Source of the DNA: Candidatus Lustribacter sp.
GTDB lineage: Bacteria > Vulcanimicrobiota > Vulcanimicrobiia > Vulcanimicrobiales > Vulcanimicrobiaceae
Reading direction: 5' to 3'
Assembly: GCA_965277805.1 (NCBI GenBank)
Contig: OZ255842.1
Location: forward strand, 352,001 to 416,000
DNA length: 64,000 nt
Shown here: in pieces, positions 1-9,106 of the stretch
Layout: each line of letters opens with the position of its first letter
Position numbering within the stretch: the first letter of the stretch is position 1
The notes under the pieces: model-generated
The model's input: only the letters and a program-made list of their open reading frames with translations
Databases searched by the model: none
What the model was told of the DNA's origin: nothing
Translations under genes and position numbers: made by a program

Positions 1-497
<497 letters not shown>

Positions 498-501
<4 letters not shown>

Positions 502-755
502 GCTTCCTCGGTCGCGCGATCGTGCTCGCCGTCCGCAGCGTCGGCGCGGTCGCGGTCAACGCTGCGATGACGGAGCTGAAAAAGCCGGAAACGCAAGCCA
601 AGATCGGAGCCGGCATTGCCACCGTGCACCAGCATCTCAACGACCCCGAAAAGCGCGCCGACCTCGAACGCGCCGCCGGCACCGCCGGCAAAACCGCCGC
701 CCGCCTCCTAGGCCGCGCCGCCGGCACCCTAAAAAATAAAATCAGCGGCGACTAA
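498..755 (+). CDS. Small hypothetical protein (85 aa)
   Basis: ATGA overlap with the ettA stop; plausible codon usage; no motif recognised. Confidence 0.7.
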
Positions 756-773
756 CTCGCTTGTGTGTGTGTT

Positions 774-977
774 GTCATTCCGAGCGAAGTGCTGCAGGCA
801 CGTAGACGAGGAACGAGCCACGATTCTTGGCTATCGAGTGCGACCGCGAAGGCGGGAGCAGTGACTAAAAAAAAGCAAAAGATCATCCACTGCTCCCGCC
901 TTCGCGGTCGCACTCTAAATGCGAAGATGCTCTCGGATTCCTCGCCTACGTGCCTTCGGCACTTCGCTCGGAATGAC
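774..977. repeat. Nested palindromic element (REP/MITE-like), copy 1
   Basis: Outer imperfect IR 774-813 / 938-977 (GTCATTCCGAGCGAAGTGC...GCACTTCGCTCGGAATGAC). Inner perfect 28-bp IR 836-863 / 888-915 around an A-rich loop. Lies between convergent genes. Confidence 0.9.
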
Positions 978-985
978 TGGATCGG

Positions 986-2116
986 CTAATGACTGGATTG
1001 GTTGAGGAGCAGGGTCATTAGGGCGGATTGGATTCGTTCGAAGCCGGCTCGTTTGTAGGGGTAGAGGTCGGGGGGGTCGGTGCCGTGGACGAGCATGGCG
1101 GCGTCGGCTTCGAATAAGAGGAGGCGGCCGTCGTTTGCGATCGCGCAATCGATGCCGAAATATTCGAGCGGGATGGCAGCGCTGATTTCATCGAGCGCTG
1201 CGCGTAGGCGGCCGGTGAAGACGGCGTCGAGATCCGCGATGAAGCGCGCCTCTTCGTCGCGCATCCATTGGTGCTCGGCCATCGCGGCGTTGTAGTAGTG
1301 AATCATCCAGCGCGGCGAGATCGCGAGATGGCACGCGTACGGTTTTCCATCGACGAACATCACGCGGTACTTGCGGAAGAAGCCGTCGCCGTTGCGGTAA
1401 TCGGCGAACGGCATCACAAAGTATGCGGGATACACCTGTTCGGCCAGATACGCATGCAGTTCGTCGCGGTTCTCGACGCGCGCGAGGCCGATGCCGGCTT
1501 GCGAGCCGACCGGCCGCACGACGAGCGGTGTGTCGACCGCGCGCGCACGCAACGCAGCGGCTTCGACGCGCTCCACCGCCGGCGCGATGACGTTCGCCGA
1601 GCCCGCAAAACGTTGCGCGACGCCCGGCCGGCCGATGGTGGCGACGATCTCCGGCCGGTTGATCGGCTCCTGCGCCGCGCGTTCGGCGAAGAGTGCTGCC
1701 AGCTTCAGCGCCGATGCGGCCTTTTCGGATTCACCGATCGAGTTGAAGAGGACGTCGTAAGCGGGAACGGCGCCGGGCGGCAGATGCGCGTCGCCGTCAT
1801 CGATGTAATAGCGGTGCAGCGTTGTGTACCGCGTGTCGACGATCAGCTCGAGCGGCGTGTTCGCTTCCCACTGGGCGACGCGCGAGAGCGCGAGTACCGT
1901 GAGCTTTGCGGGAACTTCCAGTGCCGGCAGCGTGACGACGCGCGAGGTCTGCAGCGCGAGGCGCAGGTGCGCGATTCCGGCGGCGGGCTGCCCGAGCATC
2001 TGCTCGACTTCGTAGAGGCGCAGATGCGCGTCGCGGGCGGTCGGATCGCGCCGCAGCACGTTGTAGGCAAGTGCGCGGAGCGATTCGAGCTCGCCCGTCG
2101 TCTGAGGACGAGTCAC
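986..2116 (-). CDS. ATP-grasp-like protein with short N-terminal TPR-like segment
   Basis: VVRPVGSQAGIGL, FRKYRVMFVDG..YACHLAIS..WMIHY and YFGIDC...LLFEAD resemble the RimK/glutathione-synthetase ATP-grasp fold. Confidence 0.6.
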   Translation of the reverse strand: MTRPQTTGELESLRALAYNVLRRDPTARDAHLRLYEVEQMLGQPAAGIAHLRLALQTSRVVTLPALEVPAKLTVLALSRVAQWEANTPLELIVDTRYTTLHRYYIDDGDAHLPPGAVPAYDVLFNSIGESEKAASALKLAALFAERAAQEPINRPEIVATIGRPGVAQRFAGSANVIAPAVERVEAAALRARAVDTPLVVRPVGSQAGIGLARVENRDELHAYLAEQVYPAYFVMPFADYRNGDGFFRKYRVMFVDGKPYACHLAISPRWMIHYYNAAMAEHQWMRDEEARFIADLDAVFTGRLRAALDEISAAIPLEYFGIDCAIANDGRLLLFEADAAMLVHGTDPPDLYPYKRAGFERIQSALMTLLLNQSSH

Positions 2117-2130
2117 GGAGGACTCATTTG

Positions 2131-2529
2131 TCAGACGCTTTTGTCGAGTACCTTCCCGGCGTCTTTGTCGTACATCTGCGCCAGCGCGATCAGCGCCTGG
2201 CTGGGGAACTGCACGATTTCTTTGCCGGTCGACTTATCGGTAAAAACGGTCACGACTTCGTCGGGATCCGTCGTTACCTGGAATGAAACGGCGACGTTTT
2301 GCTCGGCGGCGTTGAAAAGCTTGGCGACGACAGGCGAAAGCGTGTTGTCCTGCGGCTGATTCGAGCCGGCGGCCGGAGCGCTGTCCGCAGTCGAATGAAC
2401 GGGAATCGGCCCGACGGTCGGACTCGGCGGCGCGGAGACGGCAACAGCGGGCGCGGCGGGGGCCGGATCGGGCGCGGGCTGGGGTGCGGGGGATAAGGTG
2501 GGGCCAATGGTGGCCGCCGGTACATCCAT
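2131..2529 (-). CDS. flaG: FlaG family flagellar protein with Pro/Ala-rich N-terminus
   Basis: C-terminal VVTVFTDKSTGKEIVQFPSQ...GKVLDKSV matches the FlaG pattern; AGGAGGA RBS; sigma-28 promoter upstream. Confidence 0.8.
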   Translation of the reverse strand: MDVPAATIGPTLSPAPQPAPDPAPAAPAVAVSAPPSPTVGPIPVHSTADSAPAAGSNQPQDNTLSPVVAKLFNAAEQNVAVSFQVTTDPDEVVTVFTDKSTGKEIVQFPSQALIALAQMYDKDAGKVLDKSV

Positions 2530-2551
2530 GTACGGAGTCCTCCTGCGCTGC

Positions 2552-2579
2552 TTATCGGCTCGTTGGTTATGAAACTTTA
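2552..2579 (-). promoter_or_regulatory. Sigma-28 (FliA/SigD) promoter
   Basis: Minus strand TAAAGTTT-N12-GCCGATAA, just upstream of the flaG RBS. Confidence 0.85.
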
Positions 2580-2611
2580 GGATTTTTAAAAATGGTGATT
2601 TGGAGCGAGGG

Positions 2612-3478
2612 CTAGCTATCCAGGAGTGCGGCTAAGCGTGGATAGACGTGCGCCGGCGCCGCGGTATACGTCGTGGGATCGATCACGTCATGTACCTTGC
2701 CGAGATCGCTCCACACGGTCAGCGCGTACGTTGCGCCGCGTGCTTGCCAGCGCGCGGCGAGTTCGCGGGCTGCGGCGTTGTTGACCGCAGGATCCTGCGC
2801 GTTGATGATCAGCGTGCAGTGCGGTGCGACCGGCGCTGCGCGGCCCGCCGCCGCGATCAGCGCTGCGCCGGCGAAGACGCAACGCGCGAGGCAGTGCGTC
2901 CAAAAGCCGGGATAGGCGTACACGGGCGTCATTTGTGCCTTGCGGCGCGGGTCCCACCACAAGAAGCGATTGGGAAGCTTGTCGAGCGCGTGCATCAGCA
3001 GCATTCCCGGAGCGCGCGGAATCAGCGGCACCATCAGAAACGGCGCGACGCCCACCGCGTTGTTGACCGAGCCCGTTTGCGCGAGCTGCAGCGCCATCGT
3101 TGCGCCGAGCGAAATGCCCAGGGCGTTCACGTTCGCACCGAGACTCGCGCCCAAATGGGCCGCATCGGACGCGGCAGTTTCGATGTCGGCGACCGTGATG
3201 CTGCCGATGGCGCGCGTCAGACGGTTCTTGTGTCCGTGATACGGCAGCCGCGGCACGTAAACGTTCTCGCCGCGCGCATGGAGCAGCCGCGCGAATTCAT
3301 CGAACTGCTGCGGGCAGTTCGTGAGGCCGTGGAAGAGCACGGTGCTGCGCTCGGCGCGCGCGCCGTGATGATAGAGGCGCGGATAGGCGCGCGGATCGAT
3401 CTCCGGGTCGGCGGCGTCGCGCGCGATCCGGGCTTCGATCTCGGCGCGCGCTTCGTCGAATGTGAGACGGGGAAACGT
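2612..3478 (-). CDS. Alpha/beta hydrolase (esterase/lipase-like), probable non-canonical ACG start
   Basis: LFHGLTNCP, PRLPYHGH, nucleophile motif GISLG, late D (QDP) and H (VHD). No ATG/GTG/TTG near the hom stop; an in-frame ACG overlaps the TAA. Confidence 0.75.
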   Translation of the reverse strand, partial: TFPRLTFDEARAEIEARIARDAADPEIDPRAYPRLYHHGARAERSTVLFHGLTNCPQQFDEFARLLHARGENVYVPRLPYHGHKNRLTRAIGSITVADIETAASDAAHLGASLGANVNALGISLGATMALQLAQTGSVNNAVGVAPFLMVPLIPRAPGMLLMHALDKLPNRFLWWDPRRKAQMTPVYAYPGFWTHCLARCVFAGAALIAAAGRAAPVAPHCTLIINAQDPAVNNAAARELAARWQARGATYALTVWSDLGKVHDVIDPTTYTAAPAHVYPRLAALLDS

Positions 3479-4794
3479 TAGACGAGGTCTTCGCGGCGAA
3501 TGCGGGCGTAGTGCGGCTTGACCGCCGGCAATTTCACCAGCGCGGCGATTGCGGCATCGAAGTTGCGCTCGCGCGTGCGGTGGGTGAGGATCACGATGTC
3601 GGTCTCGTTGTCCGCGCCGCCGGCGCCCTTTTGCAGCATTGCATCGATCGAGATGCCCGAGTCGGCCAGCGTGCGCGCGATATCGGCCAAGACGCCGACC
3701 TCGTCGGAGACGCGCACGCGCAGGTAATACGACGTTTCGACGTCGGCCATCGGCAGCACGCCCACGTCGCTGATCGCATCGGGCTGAAAGGCCAAGTAGG
3801 GCACGCGCTCTTCGGGCTCGGCACGTATCAACCGCGTGACCTCGATAACGTCTGCCAGCACGGCCGACGCGGTCGGTTCGGAACCGGCACCGGCGCCGTA
3901 GTACATCGTCACGCCGGCGGCGTCGCCCTTGATCAAGAGCGCGTTCATCGCGCCGTCGACGCTCGCGATGATGCGCTCGGCGGGAATGAGCGTGGGGTGC
4001 ACGCGCAGCTCGACGCCTTCGGGCGTGCGCCGTGTGAGGCCGAGCAGTTTGATGCGGTAGCCGAGTTCCTCGGCGTAGGTGATGTCCTTGGCTTCGAGTT
4101 TGGTGATGCCTTCGATGTAGGCGCGCTCGAACTGTACCGGAATGCCGAACGCGATCGCCGAGAGCAGCGTGACCTTGTGTCCCGCGTCGATGCCCTCGAT
4201 GTCGAAGGTCGGATCGGATTCCGCGTAGCCGAGGCGCTGCGCTTCGGCCAGCACCACGTCGAACGCGAGACCCTTGTTGCGCATTTCGGAAAGGATGAAG
4301 TTGCACGTACCGTTGATGATGCCGGCGATCCACTCGATGCGGTTGGCGGCGAGACCTTCGCGCAAGGCCTTGATCGTGGGGATGCAGCCGGCGACGGCGG
4401 CTTCGAACGCGACGATGACGTTGTGCTGGCGCGCGGCGGCGAAGATCTCGTTTCCGTGCAGTGCGAGCAGCGCTTTGTTGGCGGTGACGACGTGCTTGCC
4501 GCGCACGATCGCCGCTAAGATCGCTTCTTTCGCGATCGTCGTTCCGCCGATGACCTCGACCACGATGTCGATGTCGGGGTTGGTGACGACGGCGCGGACG
4601 TCGTCGACGACCGCGATGCCCGGACCGACGATCGCGCGCGCGCGCTCGACGTTGCGCGCGGCAACCATCGCGATCTCGATCTGACGCCCCGCGCGGCGGG
4701 TGATCTCCTCGCGGTTACGTTCGAGAACGTGAAAGGTTCCGCTCCCAACCGTTCCGATGCCGAGCAGACCGACCTTGACGGGTTTCATCTTCAT
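3478..4794 (-). CDS. hom: Homoserine dehydrogenase with C-terminal ACT domain
   Basis: GLLGIGTVG, HVVTANK, FEAAVAG, GIINGTCNFIL, GYAESDPTFDIEG; ACT region YYLRVRVSDEVGVLA. Confidence 0.95.
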   Translation of the reverse strand: MKMKPVKVGLLGIGTVGSGTFHVLERNREEITRRAGRQIEIAMVAARNVERARAIVGPGIAVVDDVRAVVTNPDIDIVVEVIGGTTIAKEAILAAIVRGKHVVTANKALLALHGNEIFAAARQHNVIVAFEAAVAGCIPTIKALREGLAANRIEWIAGIINGTCNFILSEMRNKGLAFDVVLAEAQRLGYAESDPTFDIEGIDAGHKVTLLSAIAFGIPVQFERAYIEGITKLEAKDITYAEELGYRIKLLGLTRRTPEGVELRVHPTLIPAERIIASVDGAMNALLIKGDAAGVTMYYGAGAGSEPTASAVLADVIEVTRLIRAEPEERVPYLAFQPDAISDVGVLPMADVETSYYLRVRVSDEVGVLADIARTLADSGISIDAMLQKGAGGADNETDIVILTHRTRERNFDAAIAALVKLPAVKPHYARIRREDLV

Positions 4795-4800
4795 GTGCCT

Positions 4801-6231
4801 TCAGCGCGTCCGATGCAGCCGCCCTGCGTCGAGGGCGAAGCGCCGTTCGATAAGTGACGGCAGATCGTCTTCGTGATGGGCGATGAGAAGCAGCGTCGTT
4901 CCGCTGCCGGCGAGTTGCTGCAGCTGCGCCTCGAGCAGGGTACGGAAGCTCGCGTCCAGACCGTTCCAGACCTCGTCGAGGATGAACAGCGCGGGCGGGC
5001 GGACCAAGCTGCGCGCGATCAGCACCTTGCGCCGCTCGCCGAACGAGAGTTGCATGAACGGCCGCCCGCGCAAGGCCGCGATTCCCAAATCGCCGATCAG
5101 CGCGGCGGCACGCTCGCGTTGCGCAACGTCCGGTTCGTGGAACAGGCCGACGCTCGATGCGAAGCCGGAGAGGACGACCTCCTCGGCCGTGTGGTTGACG
5201 TCGAACGCGACTTGCCACTCCTCGGACACGTGCGCGATCCGTTCCTTGATCTGCCAGACGTCGAAGGGGCCGCTGACGCCCGAGCGCAGCACGTCGGCGC
5301 CATACACCGGCGCGAGCGTTCCGGCGATCACCATCGCGAGCGTGCTCTTGCCCGAACCGTTCGCGCCGGTGATCGCGGTATGTTCGCCCGCGCGAATCGA
5401 CCAATCGATGTTGTGCAGCACGTGCGTTGCGCCGCGAAAGACGTCGGCATGACGCAGCTCGACGATCGGAACGGAGGCCGGCGCGCGTGGGCGAGCGGTG
5501 CGCGACGCGCGCAGCACGCGAACGGGCGGCTGCGGACGGCCCGCGTTGCGCTCGACGATGCGGCCGCCGCGCAGCGTCGCGTGGTGCGTGATCGCCGGAA
5601 CGAAATCGTCGTAGCGGTGCGAGGCGAGGATCAACTGCACCTCGGGCGCGAGCGTCTCCAAGAGCGCGAGGATGTCGCGGCGTGCCGCGCCGTCGAGCCC
5701 GTTGGTGAATTCATCGAGCACCAGCACCGCGGGCTTGCGCACGAGCGCGCGCGCGATCAGGAGCCGGCGCAGCTGTCCGAACGAGAGCGACCGCACGCGG
5801 CGGTGCGCGAACGCGCCGATATCGAGCCGGTCGATGATCGCTTCCACCGCCGCGCTGCGTTCGGGCGAGAGCGCGCCGTGCATGTAGAGCGTGTCGTCGA
5901 AACCGCTGGCGATCAAACTGCGTCCGTCGATCGGCAGTTCCAGCCGCGCGTAGCGTTCCTGCTGTTCGGGCGCAACGAAGCCGATGTGCGTGCCCGCCGA
6001 CATCGCGCCGCGCACGACGCCGTCAAAACCGTAGGCGCGTTGGCCGCCGTCGGGATCGATCCACTGCTGACCGCGGATGACGCGCAAGAGCGTGCTCTTG
6101 CCCGAACCGTTCGCGCCGACGAAGGCCCAGTGTTCGCCGGGATTGAGGCTCCACGTCACGTCGTCGAGTGCGCGATGACCATCGAGGGTAACGTTGACGT
6201 GGCGGAGATTGACCAGCGGAAGGTGGGCCAT
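4801..6231 (-). CDS. ModF-like ABC ATPase with two ABC domains
   Basis: Two GANGSGKSTL Walker A motifs, LSFGQ/LSFGE signatures, two LDE Walker B motifs. Start at MAHLPLVNL rather than the upstream ORF start. Confidence 0.8.
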   Translation of the reverse strand: MAHLPLVNLRHVNVTLDGHRALDDVTWSLNPGEHWAFVGANGSGKSTLLRVIRGQQWIDPDGGQRAYGFDGVVRGAMSAGTHIGFVAPEQQERYARLELPIDGRSLIASGFDDTLYMHGALSPERSAAVEAIIDRLDIGAFAHRRVRSLSFGQLRRLLIARALVRKPAVLVLDEFTNGLDGAARRDILALLETLAPEVQLILASHRYDDFVPAITHHATLRGGRIVERNAGRPQPPVRVLRASRTARPRAPASVPIVELRHADVFRGATHVLHNIDWSIRAGEHTAITGANGSGKSTLAMVIAGTLAPVYGADVLRSGVSGPFDVWQIKERIAHVSEEWQVAFDVNHTAEEVVLSGFASSVGLFHEPDVAQRERAAALIGDLGIAALRGRPFMQLSFGERRKVLIARSLVRPPALFILDEVWNGLDASFRTLLEAQLQQLAGSGTTLLLIAHHEDDLPSLIERRFALDAGRLHRTR

Positions 6232-6239
6232 CACGTTGT

Positions 6240-7013
6240 CTATGGAAAGTACCCCGCGATGCGCGTCGCCGCGCGACGCACTTCGCTGGCGAGCGCGAGC
6301 GTGACGGGCGGGGTGGCGCGCGCGAGCGGCGCAGCGAGGCTCAACGCGCCGTAGACGGTGCCGCTGGCGCCCTTGATGGCGGCGGCGACGGCATACACGC
6401 CGAGATTGCTCTCGCCCGAACTCGTCGCAAAGCCGGCCGCGCGCACTTCGGCCAGCGCGCGAAGCAGTTTGCGCTGCGAGGGGATCGTGTGGCTGGTCAA
6501 ACGCGGCAGCTTTTCCCCGGGGTGCAATCGCGCGATCTGTGCGTCGGACATCTCGGCCAAAATCGCCTTGCCGCCGGCGGTCGCGTGCGGTGCGCCGGCC
6601 GAACCGACGCGCGCCGCGACGCGCAGCACGTGCGGCCCCTCGAGCCCCTCGACGAACAGCGCCTTGCCTTCTTGCAGAACGATCAGGTTGGCCGTTTCGC
6701 CCGTGCGCTTGACCATCGCCGCCATTTCGGCGCGCGCGATCTCGCGCAGCTCGATGTCGCGCGAGAGCGAGCGGGCGAGTTCGAGCAAGGCCGGTCCGGC
6801 ATAGTAGGCCCTCGAGGCGCGGTCCTGGCGCACGAAATCCTGGGCCTGGAGCGTCGCCAGCAGTCGGTGCGTGGTGGAGCGGGCAAGCCCGGTCGCCGCG
6901 CTCGCCTCGGCGATGCGGACGGGGGTTTGGGCGCCGCGGAACAACGCGAGCAGGCGGACCGCCTTGCCGACCGATTCGGTCTGGCCCGGCGTTCCGGAAG
7001 CTTTCACCGGCAT
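6240..7013 (-). CDS. IclR family transcriptional regulator
   Basis: HTH TGLARSTTHRLLATL, TGETANL, HATAGGKAIL; divergent from the catabolic operon. Confidence 0.92.
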   Translation of the reverse strand: MPVKASGTPGQTESVGKAVRLLALFRGAQTPVRIAEASAATGLARSTTHRLLATLQAQDFVRQDRASRAYYAGPALLELARSLSRDIELREIARAEMAAMVKRTGETANLIVLQEGKALFVEGLEGPHVLRVAARVGSAGAPHATAGGKAILAEMSDAQIARLHPGEKLPRLTSHTIPSQRKLLRALAEVRAAGFATSSGESNLGVYAVAAAIKGASGTVYGALSLAAPLARATPPVTLALASEVRRAATRIAGYFP

Positions 7014-7098
7014 CCCCGGGCGTTTCCATGCACGGCGGACGGCCACCCATGCAGCGCGCCTGCGGGAATTCCGCCGGATGCGACGCTACATTCCATCT

Positions 7099-7770
7099 AT
7101 GACTGACCCCTATACGCAACGTTTGGCGCGGCTCGATTGCTGCGCCGTTTCGGACGCCCTCGATAAACTCAACCTCACCGGTGTGGTGACCGTGCTGCCG
7201 CAGCGCTCGTCGTCGCGCCGCATCGCCGGCCGCGCGATCACGGTGAAACTCGTCGCCAAAGAGCAAGCGCCGGTGACCACCGGTCCGCCACGCCATTTGG
7301 GCACGACGGCGATCGAGTCCGGCGGTCCCGGCGACATCATCGTCGTCGAACAGCGCAGCGGCATCGAGGCGGGTTCGTGGGGCGGTATCCTCTCGTGCGC
7401 GGCCAAGGTGCGCGGCATCGAAGGCGTGATCGCCGACGGTCCGGTGCGCGATATCGACGAAGCGCGCGCGTACGATCTGCCGATCTACTCGCGCGGCCTC
7501 ACCGCGCGCACGGCCCGCGGCCGCGTGGCCGAAGCCGCCACCAACGTCGACGTGCGCATCGACGAGATCACGGTCTCGCCCGGCGACTACGTGCTGGCCG
7601 ACAACAGCGCCGTGATCTTCATCGGCAAGGCCAACATCGAAGCAGTGCTCGCCGCTGCGGAAGACATCGCCGCGCGCGAAGCCGCGATGGCGAAAGCATT
7701 GCTCGCCGGTCAGCCGGTCGGCACCGTGATGGGCGCCAACTACGAGAACATGCTGGCGGTGCACGCGTGA
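7099..7770 (+). CDS. RraA/HMG-aldolase family protein 1
   Basis: VSDALD, GRAITV, PGDIIVV, WGGILS, DGPVRD, VSPGDYVLAD. Probably leaderless (TACATT 6 nt before ATG). Confidence 0.88.
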   Translation: MTDPYTQRLARLDCCAVSDALDKLNLTGVVTVLPQRSSSRRIAGRAITVKLVAKEQAPVTTGPPRHLGTTAIESGGPGDIIVVEQRSGIEAGSWGGILSCAAKVRGIEGVIADGPVRDIDEARAYDLPIYSRGLTARTARGRVAEAATNVDVRIDEITVSPGDYVLADNSAVIFIGKANIEAVLAAAEDIAAREAAMAKALLAGQPVGTVMGANYENMLAVHA

Positions 7771-8426
7771 GCGACAAGAACGTCGAACGGGCCGCGAAGC
7801 TCGACAACGCGACCATCAGCGATGCGCTCGACAAATTCGGGCTCAACGGCGCGTGCTACAAGATCGCGCCGCGCGACGGCTCGTTCCGGATGGCCGGGCG
7901 CGCGTACACGCTGCTCTACGAAGTGTGCGGGAACCCGCCAGGAACGGTCGGCGACTACATCGACGACATCGAACCCGGCACGGTGCTGGTGCTCGACAAT
8001 GCCGGTCGCGAAAGCGGCACGGTCTGGGGCGACATCCTCACCGAGGTCGCGCACCGGCGCGGCGTTGCCGGCACGGTGATCGACGGCCTTTGCCGCGACG
8101 TCGCGCTTTGCCGCCAGCTCGGCTATCCGGTGTATAGCAAAGATCACTGGATGCGCACCGGCAAAGACCGCGTGCAACTCGATCAAGTGCAAGTGCCGGT
8201 CAGCATCGGCGGCGTGCGCGTCTCGCCCGGCGACATCGTGCGCGGCGATGCCGACGGCGTATGCGTGATCCAGAAAGAGTTCGAAGACCAGGTGCTCGAC
8301 TGGGCCGAGCAAGTGACGCTGGTCGAAGATCGCATTCGCGAAGCCGCCCGCGGCGGAATGCGCTTGGTCGAAGCGCGCAAACAATTCGGCTACCACACGC
8401 TGCAAACGCGAGATAAAAAAGCATGA
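7767..8426 (+). CDS. RraA/HMG-aldolase family protein 2
   Basis: GTGA overlap start; ISDALD, GRAYT, WGDILT, DGLCRD, VSPGDIVRGDADGV. Confidence 0.88.
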   Translation: MSDKNVERAAKLDNATISDALDKFGLNGACYKIAPRDGSFRMAGRAYTLLYEVCGNPPGTVGDYIDDIEPGTVLVLDNAGRESGTVWGDILTEVAHRRGVAGTVIDGLCRDVALCRQLGYPVYSKDHWMRTGKDRVQLDQVQVPVSIGGVRVSPGDIVRGDADGVCVIQKEFEDQVLDWAEQVTLVEDRIREAARGGMRLVEARKQFGYHTLQTRDKKA

Positions 8427-9106
8427 CGACCACGGCCAAATCGTACAAGTTCTTCGATCTCCCCACCGTCAAGCTCGAGATCGAACGCCCGGATGCAGAA
8501 CTGGTGAAACGCGCCAAGACGTTCGGTACCGCGACGCTGCACGAAGCGGGCGGTAAGATCGGCGCGTTGCCCTCGGCGATCAAGCCGATGGATCCGAAGT
8601 TCATCATCTCGGGGCCGGCCTTCACCGTGCACTCGCCGCCGGGCGATAATCTCTGGCTGCACCGCGCGATCGCGGTGGCGAAGCCCGGCGACATCCTGGT
8701 GGTCTACACCGAGGGCGTCTACGAGCACGGCTACTGGGGCGAGATCATGTCGACCGCCGGCAACGCCGCGAAGCTCGGCGGACTCGTGATCGATGCGTGC
8801 GTGCGCGACGGCGCGCTGCTCGGCAAGGTCGGTTTTCCGGTGTTCGCGCGCGGGCTCTGCATCCGCGGCACCGGCAAGGACTTCGCCGCCCGCGGCTGGA
8901 TCAACGCGCCGCTGCTGCTCGGCGACGTCACGGTCGAACCGGGCGATCTGATCGTCGGCGATACCGACGGCGTCGTGGCGATCCCGCGCGCCAAGGTCGA
9001 GACCGTGCTGCAGAAATCGCGCGAACGCGAAGAAAAGGAAGCGGAAACGATGCGCCAGCTCGTCGCCGGAAATTCGTCGATCGATCTTTACGGGTGGGAC
9101 AAATGA
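8423..9106 (+). CDS. 4-carboxy-4-hydroxy-2-oxoadipate aldolase-like (LigK/GalC-like RraA protein 3)
   Basis: ATLHEAGGKIGALPSAIKP, PGDNLWLHRAI, WGEIM, DACVRD, PGDLIVGDTDGVV. Confidence 0.85.
   Translation: MTTTAKSYKFFDLPTVKLEIERPDAELVKRAKTFGTATLHEAGGKIGALPSAIKPMDPKFIISGPAFTVHSPPGDNLWLHRAIAVAKPGDILVVYTEGVYEHGYWGEIMSTAGNAAKLGGLVIDACVRDGALLGKVGFPVFARGLCIRGTGKDFAARGWINAPLLLGDVTVEPGDLIVGDTDGVVAIPRAKVETVLQKSREREEKEAETMRQLVAGNSSIDLYGWDK

Noticed and set aside
972-1001. Short tandem AATGACTGGATCGG / AATGACTGGATTGG next to the palindrome
   Set aside because: Both copies are on one side of the element, so not a target-site duplication; too short to interpret.
4801-7764. 987-aa ORF suggesting a large fusion ending in the ABC ATPase
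   Set aside because: The upstream half overlaps iclR in another frame and RraA on the other strand; the real start is near 6231.
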